From Candidatus Sericytochromatia bacterium (lineage in GTDB: Bacteria; Cyanobacteriota; Sericytochromatia; S15B-MN24; UBA4093): 64,000 nt of DNA. The notes beneath the pieces were generated by a model, which was given only the letters and a program-made list of their open reading frames with translations, was not told where the DNA came from and did no database searches. Where the stretch lies: assembly GCA_036676985.1 (NCBI GenBank), contig JAKFBU010000023.1:96001-160000 (forward strand), given 5' to 3'. Every line of letters begins with the position of its first letter. Within the stretch, counting starts at the first letter, position 1. Below, piece by piece: positions 41,158 through 50,240 of the stretch. A program made the position numbers and the translations under genes.

Positions 41158-42513
41158 CTAGCGCAGGGCCTTGACCTGGGCGGGCGTCACCGCGCCACCC
41201 TTGTTGCCCCAGCTCGTGCGCTCGTGGGTCACGATCGCCGCGATCTCCTCGTCCGTCAACTGGTTGAACGGAGGCATCGCGCCGTTGTACTGCTGACCCT
41301 TGACCGTCATGGGACCCGAGGCACCCTTCAGCACGATCTTGATGTGCGCGTCCGCCGGGCCGTTGACCTGCTCGGCGCCCGCCAGCGGCGGGAAGGTGCC
41401 GGCCAGACCCTCGCCGCCGGCCTGGTGGCATGCGGCGCAGTTGGCCTGGTACAGGGCCGCGCCGTCCACCTTCTTGGCGGCCGCGGGAGCGGCGGCGTGA
41501 GGCTCACCGTGACCCGCAGCAGCCGGAGCCTTGGCCTCGGCGGGCGGCAACTTGATGGGCACCGCCTTCACCTTGCTGTCATCCGCCATCATGCCGGCCG
41601 GAGCCGTGCGCTTCTGGAGGCTGAGCATGTAGGTGATGAGCGCGTCGAGATCCTGATCGTTCAGGGCGAACGCGGGCATGATCGAGCCCGACGACACGGC
41701 CGCAGGGTTCTTGAAGTGGTAGTAGTGCCAGGTCGCCACGTCACCGTGCATGTGCTTGGCTTCGTGCTTGAGCTCTTCGCCGAACTTGCCCGCCTCGAGG
41801 CTCTCCTTGAGCTGAGCGAAGCTGAACTGCTCGGGAACCTTGTCGCCCTCGAAGGTCAGCTCGGGCCCGATGGCGCCGCCCTGATCGCCGAACTTGTGGC
41901 AGCTGGCGCAGTTGTTCTGGCGGACGAGCTCCTCGCCGCGAGCGAGCATCGGAGCCCCGATGGCCGCCCACTTGGTGGGATCGGTGTGGCACTGGGCGCA
42001 AGAGGCCTGCGTGTACTTGGTCAGGTTCTTGCGATCGCCAAGCATCGGGTAGTCCCATTTGTGGACGAAGCCGTGGGCTCCCTCGGCGGTGGTGGCCATG
42101 CCCTGGCCGTGGTGGCACGAGGTACAACCGAAGCGCTCGACGGGGTGATTGACCGTGATGAGATCGAGGTCGGGGTGAGCCGTGAAGGGCTGCGCCTCGC
42201 CGGCGAAGGTCGAGTCATCGATGCCCTGGTGGCAGGTGGTGCAGCGATCGACCCGGCCGAGCTCGCTGGCCATGATCTGCTTGATGGCGAGGGGCATGGC
42301 CGCGTACGACCCGGGAGCCGGCTTGCCGCCGGACTGGGCCTCCAGGACGGCCTTCTCGTGGCGGGCTTCCATGATGTTCGCGTACTGGCGTTGCGTCTGC
42401 ATCCACTCGCGGTTGGTCTCGCGCCACGTAGCGACGCCGAACAGGATGACCAGCACGACCGCCAGGGTAGCGAACCAAGCCAGGACGCTGAAGTCCAGCT
42501 TCTTAGTGTTCAT
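41158..42513 (-). CDS. Membrane-anchored pentaheme cytochrome c subunit of the Rieske/cytochrome b complex
   Basis: N-terminal TM helix; five CxxCH motifs (CTTCH, CTSCH, CAQCH, CASCH, CAACH); directly downstream of the cytochrome b genes. Confidence 0.9.
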   Translation of the reverse strand: MNTKKLDFSVLAWFATLAVVLVILFGVATWRETNREWMQTQRQYANIMEARHEKAVLEAQSGGKPAPGSYAAMPLAIKQIMASELGRVDRCTTCHQGIDDSTFAGEAQPFTAHPDLDLITVNHPVERFGCTSCHHGQGMATTAEGAHGFVHKWDYPMLGDRKNLTKYTQASCAQCHTDPTKWAAIGAPMLARGEELVRQNNCASCHKFGDQGGAIGPELTFEGDKVPEQFSFAQLKESLEAGKFGEELKHEAKHMHGDVATWHYYHFKNPAAVSSGSIMPAFALNDQDLDALITYMLSLQKRTAPAGMMADDSKVKAVPIKLPPAEAKAPAAAGHGEPHAAAPAAAKKVDGAALYQANCAACHQAGGEGLAGTFPPLAGAEQVNGPADAHIKIVLKGASGPMTVKGQQYNGAMPPFNQLTDEEIAAIVTHERTSWGNKGGAVTPAQVKALR

Positions 42514-42555
42514 AAGAGGGTGCGATCCTTCTTGTGTAGTGTGGGGCCGGATGGA

Positions 42556-43071
42556 CTAGAAGACGGTGAAGATGCCGTCGCGCCAGGGCCAGGCCCACTC
42601 CCAACCCGGTCCGCGGAAGAACGTCCCGATGTAGGTGAGGACAGCGACGATCGAGACGAAGAAGTTCCACAGTCCGACCGCGAAGGGACGGTCCAGGATG
42701 TTCATCGAGGGGTTGCGATCGATGTAGGGGATGGCCATCAGACCCACGATGATCATGCCGGGAATGAACACGCCCGCCCAGTTGGGGGGGAAGTAGTGGA
42801 GCATCTCCTGGAGGTTCAGGAAGTACCAGGGAGCCTTGGCCGGGTTGGGCGTGAGGCTCGGGTTGGCGAGCTGCTCCAGGGGCGCGTTGAAGACCAGGGA
42901 CATCAGGACGATGCCGATGGTGACCGCGAGGGCCATGACCAGCTCGCGCATGAAGACGTGCGGCCAGGTGAAGACGAGCTGCTGGCCCTCCTTCTCCTTC
43001 TGGTAGCCGCGAACGCCGCGCACCACCGCGTAGAGGCCTTCGGAGTCGTTGGTTTGAGTGTTCTGTGCCAT
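42556..43071 (-). CDS. petD: Cytochrome b C-terminal part (subunit IV / PetD-like)
   Basis: TWPH, APLEQLANPSLTPNPAKAPWYFL, IPYIDRNP, RPF. Confidence 0.85.
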   Translation of the reverse strand: MAQNTQTNDSEGLYAVVRGVRGYQKEKEGQQLVFTWPHVFMRELVMALAVTIGIVLMSLVFNAPLEQLANPSLTPNPAKAPWYFLNLQEMLHYFPPNWAGVFIPGMIIVGLMAIPYIDRNPSMNILDRPFAVGLWNFFVSIVAVLTYIGTFFRGPGWEWAWPWRDGIFTVF

Positions 43072-43086
43072 GTGTGAAGACTCTCC

Positions 43087-43836
43087 TTACAGCCGCAGAT
43101 CCGCCGAGACGGGCTCGTTGGGATCGCCGATGCCGCCGTCCTTGCGCACGCGCCAGAAGTGAACCGCCAAGAGGACGAGCACCGCGAGCGGAAGCACGAT
43201 GCAGTGCAGGACGTAGAAGCGGATGAGCGCGCCCTGTCCGACCAGGTTGCCGCCCAGGAGGGCGAACTTGATGTCGGGACCGACGAACGGCGCGTACTTG
43301 GCCATGTTGCTGCCGACCGTGATGGCCCACATGGCCAGCTGGTCCCAGGGCAAGAGGTAGCCCGTGAAGGACAGCAGCAGCGTGATGACGAACAGGAGCA
43401 CGCCGATCACCCAGTTGAACTCGCGCGGCGCCTTGTACGAACCCGCGTAGAACACCCGGCACATGTGCAGGAAGACGAACAGCACCATCATGTGGGCGGA
43501 CCACCGGTGCATGTTGCGGATGAGGACGCCGAACGAGACGGCGAACTCGAGGTCCTTCATGTTCTCGTAGGCGAGGCCGGTCGACGGGATGTAGTAGAAC
43601 ATCAGGGCGATGCCCGTAATCGACAGCAGGAAGAACAGCATCAGCGAGATGCCGCCCAGCCAGAAGGTCGTGTTGAAGCGCATGCTGCGGACCTTCGACT
43701 TGACGGAGTGAAGGTGCAGGAAGACGTTGGTGAAGGTCACCATCGACTGCGTCTTCGGGTTGTTCGGCATGCCGTGGCGGAAGATGGACCGCCAGAGCTT
43801 GCTGCGGAAGAACTTTTGGGAGAGATCGTTGATCAC
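43087..43836 (-). CDS. petB: Cytochrome b N-terminal part (cytochrome b6-like)
   Basis: [66 protein letters not shown]. Confidence 0.92.
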   Translation of the reverse strand: MINDLSQKFFRSKLWRSIFRHGMPNNPKTQSMVTFTNVFLHLHSVKSKVRSMRFNTTFWLGGISLMLFFLLSITGIALMFYYIPSTGLAYENMKDLEFAVSFGVLIRNMHRWSAHMMVLFVFLHMCRVFYAGSYKAPREFNWVIGVLLFVITLLLSFTGYLLPWDQLAMWAITVGSNMAKYAPFVGPDIKFALLGGNLVGQGALIRFYVLHCIVLPLAVLVLLAVHFWRVRKDGGIGDPNEPVSADLRL

Positions 43837-43880
43837 GGAGAGTGCTCCTACGTTAGCCGCTAGTGCTCAGGACGGGAGCC

Positions 43881-44363
43881 CTAAGCCTTGTAAAACTCGG
43901 AGGCGTCGATGACCTTGCTGAGGTCGACGACCATCTGGCCGTCACGAGCCAGCTCGATGGAGAAGTGCTCCAGGGTGCGCGGGGCGGGACCGGCGATGAC
44001 CTTGCCGTCGGGCTCGTAGACCGAGCCGTGGCAGGGGCAGTGGAAGGTGGTGCCCGTCCAGTTCACCGTGCAGCCGAGGTGCGTGCAGACCGCCGAGATT
44101 GCCTGGAACCCTTCCGGCACGCGGCGGATGAAGACCTTCTTGTCGGCGATGAACGTGACCGTCCCCGCGCCGAAGCGATCGGGGCCCCCGATCTTGAGCC
44201 GGTTGGAGGGCTCATAGAGCACGTTGGGGAACATGTAGCGGATGCCCCCGATGGCGACCGCGCCCAGCGTGGCGGTCAGCGCCCCGAAACCAACGGCGCC
44301 CAAAAAGGCGCGACGGGTCATGTCCTCTTGCTCGCCTGCCGGATGTCCTCCGGGGTTAGACAT
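43881..44363 (-). CDS. petC: Rieske 2Fe-2S subunit
   Basis: Tat motif TRRAFL plus TM helix; CTHLGC and CPCHGSVY; GPAPRTL. Confidence 0.95.
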   Translation of the reverse strand: MSNPGGHPAGEQEDMTRRAFLGAVGFGALTATLGAVAIGGIRYMFPNVLYEPSNRLKIGGPDRFGAGTVTFIADKKVFIRRVPEGFQAISAVCTHLGCTVNWTGTTFHCPCHGSVYEPDGKVIAGPAPRTLEHFSIELARDGQMVVDLSKVIDASEFYKA

Positions 44364-44572
44364 GTCTAGTCCTCCTGCAGCAAATGAATGTTCGGACGCC
44401 CACAGGGTCGGCGACTAGGTCGCCGGCCCCGCGAGCAAAGCAACGAATGTTGTCCTGAGCCTGGCAAGCGCCCATGCTCTCGAATACCCACCCATTAAAC
44501 CATAGATTACCCGCCTCACATACACCACTTAACGAATGTTTGCGCGGTTGTATGAGGGGCGGCCGACCTCGA

Positions 44573-44908
44573 TCAGCGTCGGTTCGCGGATCGATCGGTC
44601 AAGAGGTAGGTCGCGATCGCCTCGGCTTCTGCCTTGGTCAGCCCAATGGAGGGCATGGAGATGCCCGGCTTCATCGCCTGAGGGGCCCTGATAAAGGCGG
44701 CCAGCTCGGCCCGCTCACGAGCGGGCTTGGCCTTGTAGAGCTTGCTGAGGTCGGGACCCTGGGTCCCATCCGCCTCGGGGTGTCCCTTGAGGATATGGCA
44801 GCCGACGCAGCCCTTGCGGGTGAAGAGACGTTCGCCCTCCGTCGCGGCCAAGGCAGGACCTGCCAACAGCAGCACCAACACCGATATCGTGAGCCCCCCA
44901 CGCAGCAT
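44573..44908 (-). CDS. Small exported monoheme cytochrome c
   Basis: ATG at 44908 after GAAGGAGG; signal peptide ending ALA; CVGCH, GPDLS, KPGISMP. Confidence 0.88.
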   Translation of the reverse strand: MLRGGLTISVLVLLLAGPALAATEGERLFTRKGCVGCHILKGHPEADGTQGPDLSKLYKAKPARERAELAAFIRAPQAMKPGISMPSIGLTKAEAEAIATYLLTDRSANRR

Positions 44909-44982
44909 GGAGCCTCCTTCCAATAGGAAACGCCGTGGGCTCAAAACCCTTCCATCTTCGACAATGGCACGGCTGCTTTTCA

Positions 44983-45001
44983 ATCCGTAGTTTACCCCGA
45001 T
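44983..45001. promoter_or_regulatory. Third copy of the ATCCGTAG operator-like site
   Basis: ATCCGTAGTTTACCCCGAT, about 75 nt upstream of the small cytochrome c gene. Confidence 0.5.
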
Positions 45002-45033
45002 TACAGGCAAGCGTAGCGCCTGGGCGCCCGGCT

Positions 45034-46215
45034 TTACGACACGTGCACCTTGGGCAGGCGCCGTCCCAGGCCGCAGATGACCTCGTAGGGGATGCTGCCC
45101 GCGGCCTCGGCCCACTCTTCCACCCCGATGAAGTCGCCGCCCTGCGCGCCCATGAGCACCGCCTCGGCGCCGACGCCGGCCTCGGCCTCGGTGACGTCCA
45201 CGGTGCACTGGTCCATGGAGACGTTGCCCACGATGGGGCAGCGCACGCCGTTGATGAGGACCGACTGGCGGTTGGAGAGGGCGCGGGGCAGGCCGTCGGC
45301 GTAGCCCACGGGCAGGATGGCGAGCCGGCTGGGCCGCTGGGTCACGAAGGTCCCGCCGTAGCCGACGGGCACGCCCGCCTCCACGGTGCGGACCTGGGTC
45401 AGGCGGGCCGTGAGGCTCATGGCACGGCGCAGCGGGACGGGCAACTCGGCGTCGGGACGCGGCGGGATGCCGTAGATGAGCAGGCCGGGACGCACCATGC
45501 TGTAGTGGGCTTCCGGGAAGAAGACAGTTCCCGCGCTGTTGGCGAGGTGGCGCAGGACGCTCGGGGGCACGCCGAGCTCGGACTCGAGCTCGGCGTAGCG
45601 GGCGATCTGCATCCGGGCGTAGGTGGGATCGACGGCCTCGGCCGTCGCGAGGTGGCTCTCGAGGCCCATGAGCTCGAGGTGCGGATCGTCGAGTGCCAGC
45701 TTGGCGAGTGCCCGGGCCTCCTCGAAAGGGGCGCCCACGCGGGTCATGCCGGTGTCGACCTTGAGGTGGACCTTGGCCTTGACGCCGAGCGACCGGGCCG
45801 CGGCCGCGATCTGGACCAGGGCCTCCTCGGACCCCACGGTGATCTGGAGATCCGCCCCGATGGCCGCAGGAAGGGCGGCGGGTGCCAAGAGGCCCAGGAG
45901 CAGGATGGGCTGGGTGAAGCCCAGGGCGCGCATCTTGAGGCCCTCGGCGACGGTCGCGACCCCGAGCCAGTCGGCTCCGGCCTGGAGGGCCGTCTGCGCG
46001 ACCTCCATGGCGCCGTGTCCGTAGCCGTCCGCTTTGACGACGGCCATCAGGTGAGTGTGAGGCGGCAGCCACTCGCGCAGCGCGCGCACGTTGGCCGCGA
46101 TGGCGCCCAGATCGATCTGGATCCAGGCGCCGCGCATGGCGGCGATGGCAGTCTCGACCTCGGTCAGGGGGTAGGCGGCAAGGGTCTGGGGATCGATCAC
46201 GGAATAGGCCTGCAA
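45034..46215 (-). CDS. alr: Alanine racemase
   Basis: AVVKADGYGHG, VHLKVDTGMTRVG, HLANSA, MVRPGL, VGYG, GYADG, VSMDQ, IPYE. Exact start uncertain. Confidence 0.97.
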   Translation of the reverse strand: MQAYSVIDPQTLAAYPLTEVETAIAAMRGAWIQIDLGAIAANVRALREWLPPHTHLMAVVKADGYGHGAMEVAQTALQAGADWLGVATVAEGLKMRALGFTQPILLLGLLAPAALPAAIGADLQITVGSEEALVQIAAAARSLGVKAKVHLKVDTGMTRVGAPFEEARALAKLALDDPHLELMGLESHLATAEAVDPTYARMQIARYAELESELGVPPSVLRHLANSAGTVFFPEAHYSMVRPGLLIYGIPPRPDAELPVPLRRAMSLTARLTQVRTVEAGVPVGYGGTFVTQRPSRLAILPVGYADGLPRALSNRQSVLINGVRCPIVGNVSMDQCTVDVTEAEAGVGAEAVLMGAQGGDFIGVEEWAEAAGSIPYEVICGLGRRLPKVHVS

Positions 46216-46401
46216 AAGCGCGTCAACGCTTCAATTATAGCCCTGAGAGGCTTGCAGCCACAAGGAGCCGTCCCAGAACGGCCTCTCGTTAAACGATGTT
46301 TCCCCCAACCTTAGTCGTCCGTTAAGAAAGAGTTCCCGGACTGGACGCGACAACTCCCGTAACCTATTCGGAGGCTCCCGTACTCCCCAAGAGGACGACC
46401 G

Positions 46402-47217
46402 ATGCAGACGTGCTACAACCACCCAAAGCTCCAGGCCGTGGCGCATTGCCGACGATGCAAGCTCCCGACTTGCTGCCACTGCGTCGAGGACCTCTATTGT
46501 CCGGATTGCATCAAGCTACAGCGCTACCTGGCGCTGGGTCGGACGAGCGATCGCAAGCCCCAGCTCATCGAGACGCCCAAGCGCCGATCCGTGACCATGG
46601 AGCTGATGATCCAGCGCCTGCAGCGGCAAGCGTTCGACGCGGATGCCGCCTCCTTGAACCCGCCCCGCCGCTCGACCCCGCGTCGGACCAAGCCCGCCGT
46701 GAAGAGCCGCCAGGGTCTGAGCTACGGCCTCCTGATGCCGGGCATCGCCCCGCTGGTCAAGGTTTCCCGCTCCCCCATCAGCCGCTTCGCGGCCCTCGCC
46801 CTGGTGGCCTTCAGCCTCGGCGCCTTCTTCAGCCAGACCCGCACCACCTATGCCGAACCCGCTCCCCCCGCGGAGGAGGTGGCCTACGAGGAAACGGCCG
46901 CCGAACCGGCGCCCACTCCGGTGGAGGTGCGCACGCATTACAAGCCGGTCTACATCTACGTCAACACGCCCCAGGCGGCTCCGCCCACCTACCGCATCCC
47001 GACGCCCGCCCCGACGGTCGTGCCCCGGGCGTTGATCGGGTATGCCCCGGCGATCGCTCCCGCCAAGCCCGCCGCAGCTCCGCCCGCAGCGGCACCGGCG
47101 ACCGCTCCGGCCGAGGACGAACCCGAGCTGGACCAGGCGCTGGCGTCCTTTCGCTCCAGCCAGCATGCGGACGGCACCATGATCCTCGAGGAGACGCCCC
47201 CCGAAACCGCTAACTAG
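46402..47217 (+). CDS. Hypothetical protein: B-box-like Zn finger, TM helix, Pro/Ala-rich tail
   Basis: CYNHP...CRRC...CCHC...YCPDC; TM helix FAALALVAFSLGAFF; RBS GAGGA. Confidence 0.7.
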   Translation: MQTCYNHPKLQAVAHCRRCKLPTCCHCVEDLYCPDCIKLQRYLALGRTSDRKPQLIETPKRRSVTMELMIQRLQRQAFDADAASLNPPRRSTPRRTKPAVKSRQGLSYGLLMPGIAPLVKVSRSPISRFAALALVAFSLGAFFSQTRTTYAEPAPPAEEVAYEETAAEPAPTPVEVRTHYKPVYIYVNTPQAAPPTYRIPTPAPTVVPRALIGYAPAIAPAKPAAAPPAAAPATAPAEDEPELDQALASFRSSQHADGTMILEETPPETAN

Positions 47218-47237
47218 GCGCTACCGACTGATCCCAA

Positions 47238-47283
47238 GGCCCTAGAGGCCGATCGCTTCATCGAGCGATCGGCCTCTAGGGCC
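47238..47283. terminator. Perfect 20-bp stem hairpin
   Basis: ggccctagaggccgatcgct-tcatcg-agcgatcggcctctagggcc; no U-tract. Confidence 0.55.
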
Positions 47284-47441
47284 GTCTCATGGTCTGACGG
47301 GTCCCAGCCGGCGACACCGAAGCCCGGGCGAATCCGTCGAAGATTTGTTGCCGCGCGGCGCCGCCTGGGAGATCGGTCACAGAACGCACGGTCATCCTCC
47401 CTTAGGCTCGAGACTGGATCCCCATGACCAGGAGAAGGCCC

Positions 47442-47795
47442 ATGAGTGCCCGTGATCACCTTGCGCACCAAGCGCTCAAACAGGTTCAGGAGCTGCAGCA
47501 GCAGGGCCGGTCGTTCGAGAGCATCGCGGCCGTTCTGACGGCCTTTCCCCTCAAGGCGCCCGCACCGGAAGAGCAGGCCGCCGAGATCGCCCGGCTCAAT
47601 CGCGAACTCGCGGCCGAGCGGGCGGCTCGCGTGGCCGCCGAGGCCGTGCTGGCCGATCGCTGCCGCGAGCTGATGGAGCTGCGCGAGGCCCATGACCTCG
47701 CCAACGCCACCGTCCGTGCCCTGGAATCCCGCCTGAGTGCCCTGCGCCCCGACCCCAAGCATGCGGCCGCCAAGAAGGGCTGGTGGGGGCGCTAG
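47442..47795 (+). CDS. Small coiled-coil protein with C-terminal KKGWWGR
   Basis: RBS AGGAG before ATG at 47442; heptad-rich EIARLNRELAAER...VRALESRL. Confidence 0.65.
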   Translation: MSARDHLAHQALKQVQELQQQGRSFESIAAVLTAFPLKAPAPEEQAAEIARLNRELAAERAARVAAEAVLADRCRELMELREAHDLANATVRALESRLSALRPDPKHAAAKKGWWGR

Positions 47796-47867
47796 CCGGG
47801 CGACCGGTCGTTTCCTTGCCAAATCCGGGTATAGCCATGGGAGGACCCTTGCTCGAGAGGCCTCGCC

Positions 47868-49313
47868 ATGCAACCCGTGCAACGTAACGCGGCGATTCCC
47901 GTTCCCCCGGCTCCGACCGCCCGTCCGCAGGCCCCTGCGACCGAGACGCCCCGTCCGACCCTGACCGGGGATCTGCTCCAGACGAGCCCCAAGCCCATCG
48001 TCACGCAGTGGAAGCTGCCCGCCGAGGTCAAGGACGCCGGCCCCGAGATCCGCCGCCACCTCGCCGAGCACCTGCGCGGAGACGCGGAGCTCGCGCGCCT
48101 CGAGCGGCGCTTCGCCGCGGGGCAGATCGACGAGCCCACCTACCGGGTGCTACGGGCCGAGCGCATCGAGCGAGCCAAGACGAGCACCCTGCACGAGTAC
48201 CACGCAGCCGCCGCCCGGCAGGAGGGCGTCTCGAGCGCCGTGTTCCAGGTGCGGCACCACCGCGACCTCAACCTGATGTACCACTCGGAGCTCGGCCACC
48301 TGGACCAGCGCCTGCTGGAGGACGTCCGCTGGCAGGTCTTCGGGCGCTACCAGGAACTCTGCGACCAGGATCCTGCCTTGCGATCGCTCAAGGCCGAGCG
48401 CGAACGCCGGGCCGCCCAGCTGCCGCCCGGAGCTGCGGCGGACAAGGACGCCAACGTGGGCGAACTCAACGGCCGCCTGCACCGCCGCGAGAACGAGCTC
48501 CGCGTCCGGGCGCAGGGCGACTGGCTCGAGGGCCTCGACTCCCGCGTGGAGCTCGACGCTCCCACCCGCCAGGGCATCCGGGACTTCGTCGCCAATACCC
48601 ACGCGGGCACCCTCGGCTCGGGGATCTGGACCGGGCCTCTCGCCCAGGTCATCGCGACGGTCTCCCACCGCCCGGGCGAGCAGGACGCGACGCATGCCTT
48701 CGTGGGGGTGGCGGACGGCCTGTTCTACGAGGCCGTGACCTCTCCTCCTCCCGACAAGGCCAACGGCGTGAAGCCCACCACGGCCGTCGAGATGTTCGCC
48801 ATGTTCCACGGGCGGGTGAGGACCCAGGAGATCCCCGGGGGTCTGAGTAAGGAGCAGCAGGCCACCCTCTACGACTTCTCCGTCTCCAAGCAGGGGCTGC
48901 CCTACAACGTGCTGGGCCTGGTCGGCGGCATTGCCGGCGTGGGCAAGACCGCCGCTGAGGACGCGAGCTATTACTGCGCCGAGTTCGTGGCGCGGGCGCT
49001 CAACGCCGCGGGCCTGGATATCTGGACCAAGTCCGGCAATACCCAGGTCGACCACGCCAACCCCGAGTCCCGCTGGGGCGAGATGGAGCGGCGGTTGCCC
49101 CCGGCGCTCTCCATGCCCATGCGCGCGGCCCGGGCCCTGCCCTACACCGTGGCGCGCGCCGTCTCGTCGCGGCTCGCCGAGCGCATGGGGTCCTTCGGGC
49201 TCACGCCCGACGACGTCATCGGCAACCCGCGCATCTCCCCCCAGAAGCTCATCAACGGCAAGATCAACGGCCGCACGCTCGAGACGACCTTCGACCGCTC
49301 CCAGGCCAGGTAG
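47868..49313 (+). CDS. Protein with C-terminal permuted papain-like (YaeF/YiiX-type NlpC/P60) domain
   Basis: His-before-Cys order: ATHAFVGV...FYEAV...QGLPYN...YYCAEFVARALNAAG...TPDD. Low-complexity N-terminus. Confidence 0.7.
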   Translation: MQPVQRNAAIPVPPAPTARPQAPATETPRPTLTGDLLQTSPKPIVTQWKLPAEVKDAGPEIRRHLAEHLRGDAELARLERRFAAGQIDEPTYRVLRAERIERAKTSTLHEYHAAAARQEGVSSAVFQVRHHRDLNLMYHSELGHLDQRLLEDVRWQVFGRYQELCDQDPALRSLKAERERRAAQLPPGAAADKDANVGELNGRLHRRENELRVRAQGDWLEGLDSRVELDAPTRQGIRDFVANTHAGTLGSGIWTGPLAQVIATVSHRPGEQDATHAFVGVADGLFYEAVTSPPPDKANGVKPTTAVEMFAMFHGRVRTQEIPGGLSKEQQATLYDFSVSKQGLPYNVLGLVGGIAGVGKTAAEDASYYCAEFVARALNAAGLDIWTKSGNTQVDHANPESRWGEMERRLPPALSMPMRAARALPYTVARAVSSRLAERMGSFGLTPDDVIGNPRISPQKLINGKINGRTLETTFDRSQAR

Positions 49314-49364
49314 AGCCCGGGGCGGACGGGGTATACCTGCGGGGGTGCCCCCCGGAGGTTACGC

Positions 49365-50237
49365 ATGCCCCTCCCCACTGACATCAAGCTGCCGAAGAGC
49401 GCCTCCGTCGACCTGGTGCGCGAGGCCCTCGTCCGCCGTCGCATGAGCCAGAAGGACCTCGCGCGGGGCTGTGGCCTCAAGCGCGAAGACCTGGCCCGCA
49501 TCCTCGCCGGCAAGGTTCCTTTTCCCCGCAATCGGGCACTCTTGGGCGCGATCGCGCAGACCCTCGGCTTGGACCCCGCGGAGTTCGCCGAGTACCGTCC
49601 GCACCTCGCGGTCCTGCCCGAGTCCACCCGTCGCCTGCTGGACCACCTCAAGGCCAACGGGCTCACGACCGAGGACCTGCGATCGCGCCTGCAGCGCATG
49701 GAGCCAAACCACCTGGAGCTCGTCCTGCGGGGCGGGGCGCCCTTTCCGCGCGATCCCCGGCTCATCGAGGACCTGGCGCGGGCGGCCGGTGCCTCGCCCT
49801 ACCTGTTCCCCGAGTACCTGCCCCTCTCGGAGCTGAATGAGCGCCTGATCGGCGCGGCGACGATCGCCCTCGGCCCCAAGGATCGCGCCACGTTCGAGCG
49901 ATTGCTCGGAACGATCGCCGCCCACCTGGACGGCCTCGACGAGTCCGGCTTCGAGGAGGCCGTCGTCCGGCGGATGGTCGAGCGGGCCCAGGGCGGTGCG
50001 ACCGGCTCCGCGTTTCCCGAGGATACGTTGCTCGCCTTCCTCCCGCGCTGGGAGGATCTGCAGGACGAGGTGCGGAAGTTCCTCGTGCGCATGACCGAGC
50101 GAGGCTGGACCGTGCAGGAGCTCGCCCGACGCTCGGGACTCGATGCGGAGGAGGTCTTCGCCTACGCCAAGGGCCAGTTGAGCCTCAAGGACCCCACGAT
50201 CCTCGAGCGGCTCTCGCGGACCCTCGAACAGGAGTAG
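49365..50237 (+). CDS. Protein with three XRE/Cro-like HTH units
   Basis: MSQKDLARGCGLKREDLARILAGK; LTTEDLRSRL...LVLRGGAPFP; WTVQELARRSGLDAEEVFAYAKGQ. Confidence 0.7.
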   Translation: MPLPTDIKLPKSASVDLVREALVRRRMSQKDLARGCGLKREDLARILAGKVPFPRNRALLGAIAQTLGLDPAEFAEYRPHLAVLPESTRRLLDHLKANGLTTEDLRSRLQRMEPNHLELVLRGGAPFPRDPRLIEDLARAAGASPYLFPEYLPLSELNERLIGAATIALGPKDRATFERLLGTIAAHLDGLDESGFEEAVVRRMVERAQGGATGSAFPEDTLLAFLPRWEDLQDEVRKFLVRMTERGWTVQELARRSGLDAEEVFAYAKGQLSLKDPTILERLSRTLEQE

Positions 50238-50240
50238 GCC

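Noticed and set aside
44909-46072. 499-aa ORF joining the alr region to the small cytochrome c
   Set aside because: Off-frame overlap with alr; the cytochrome has its own RBS and signal peptide at 44908.
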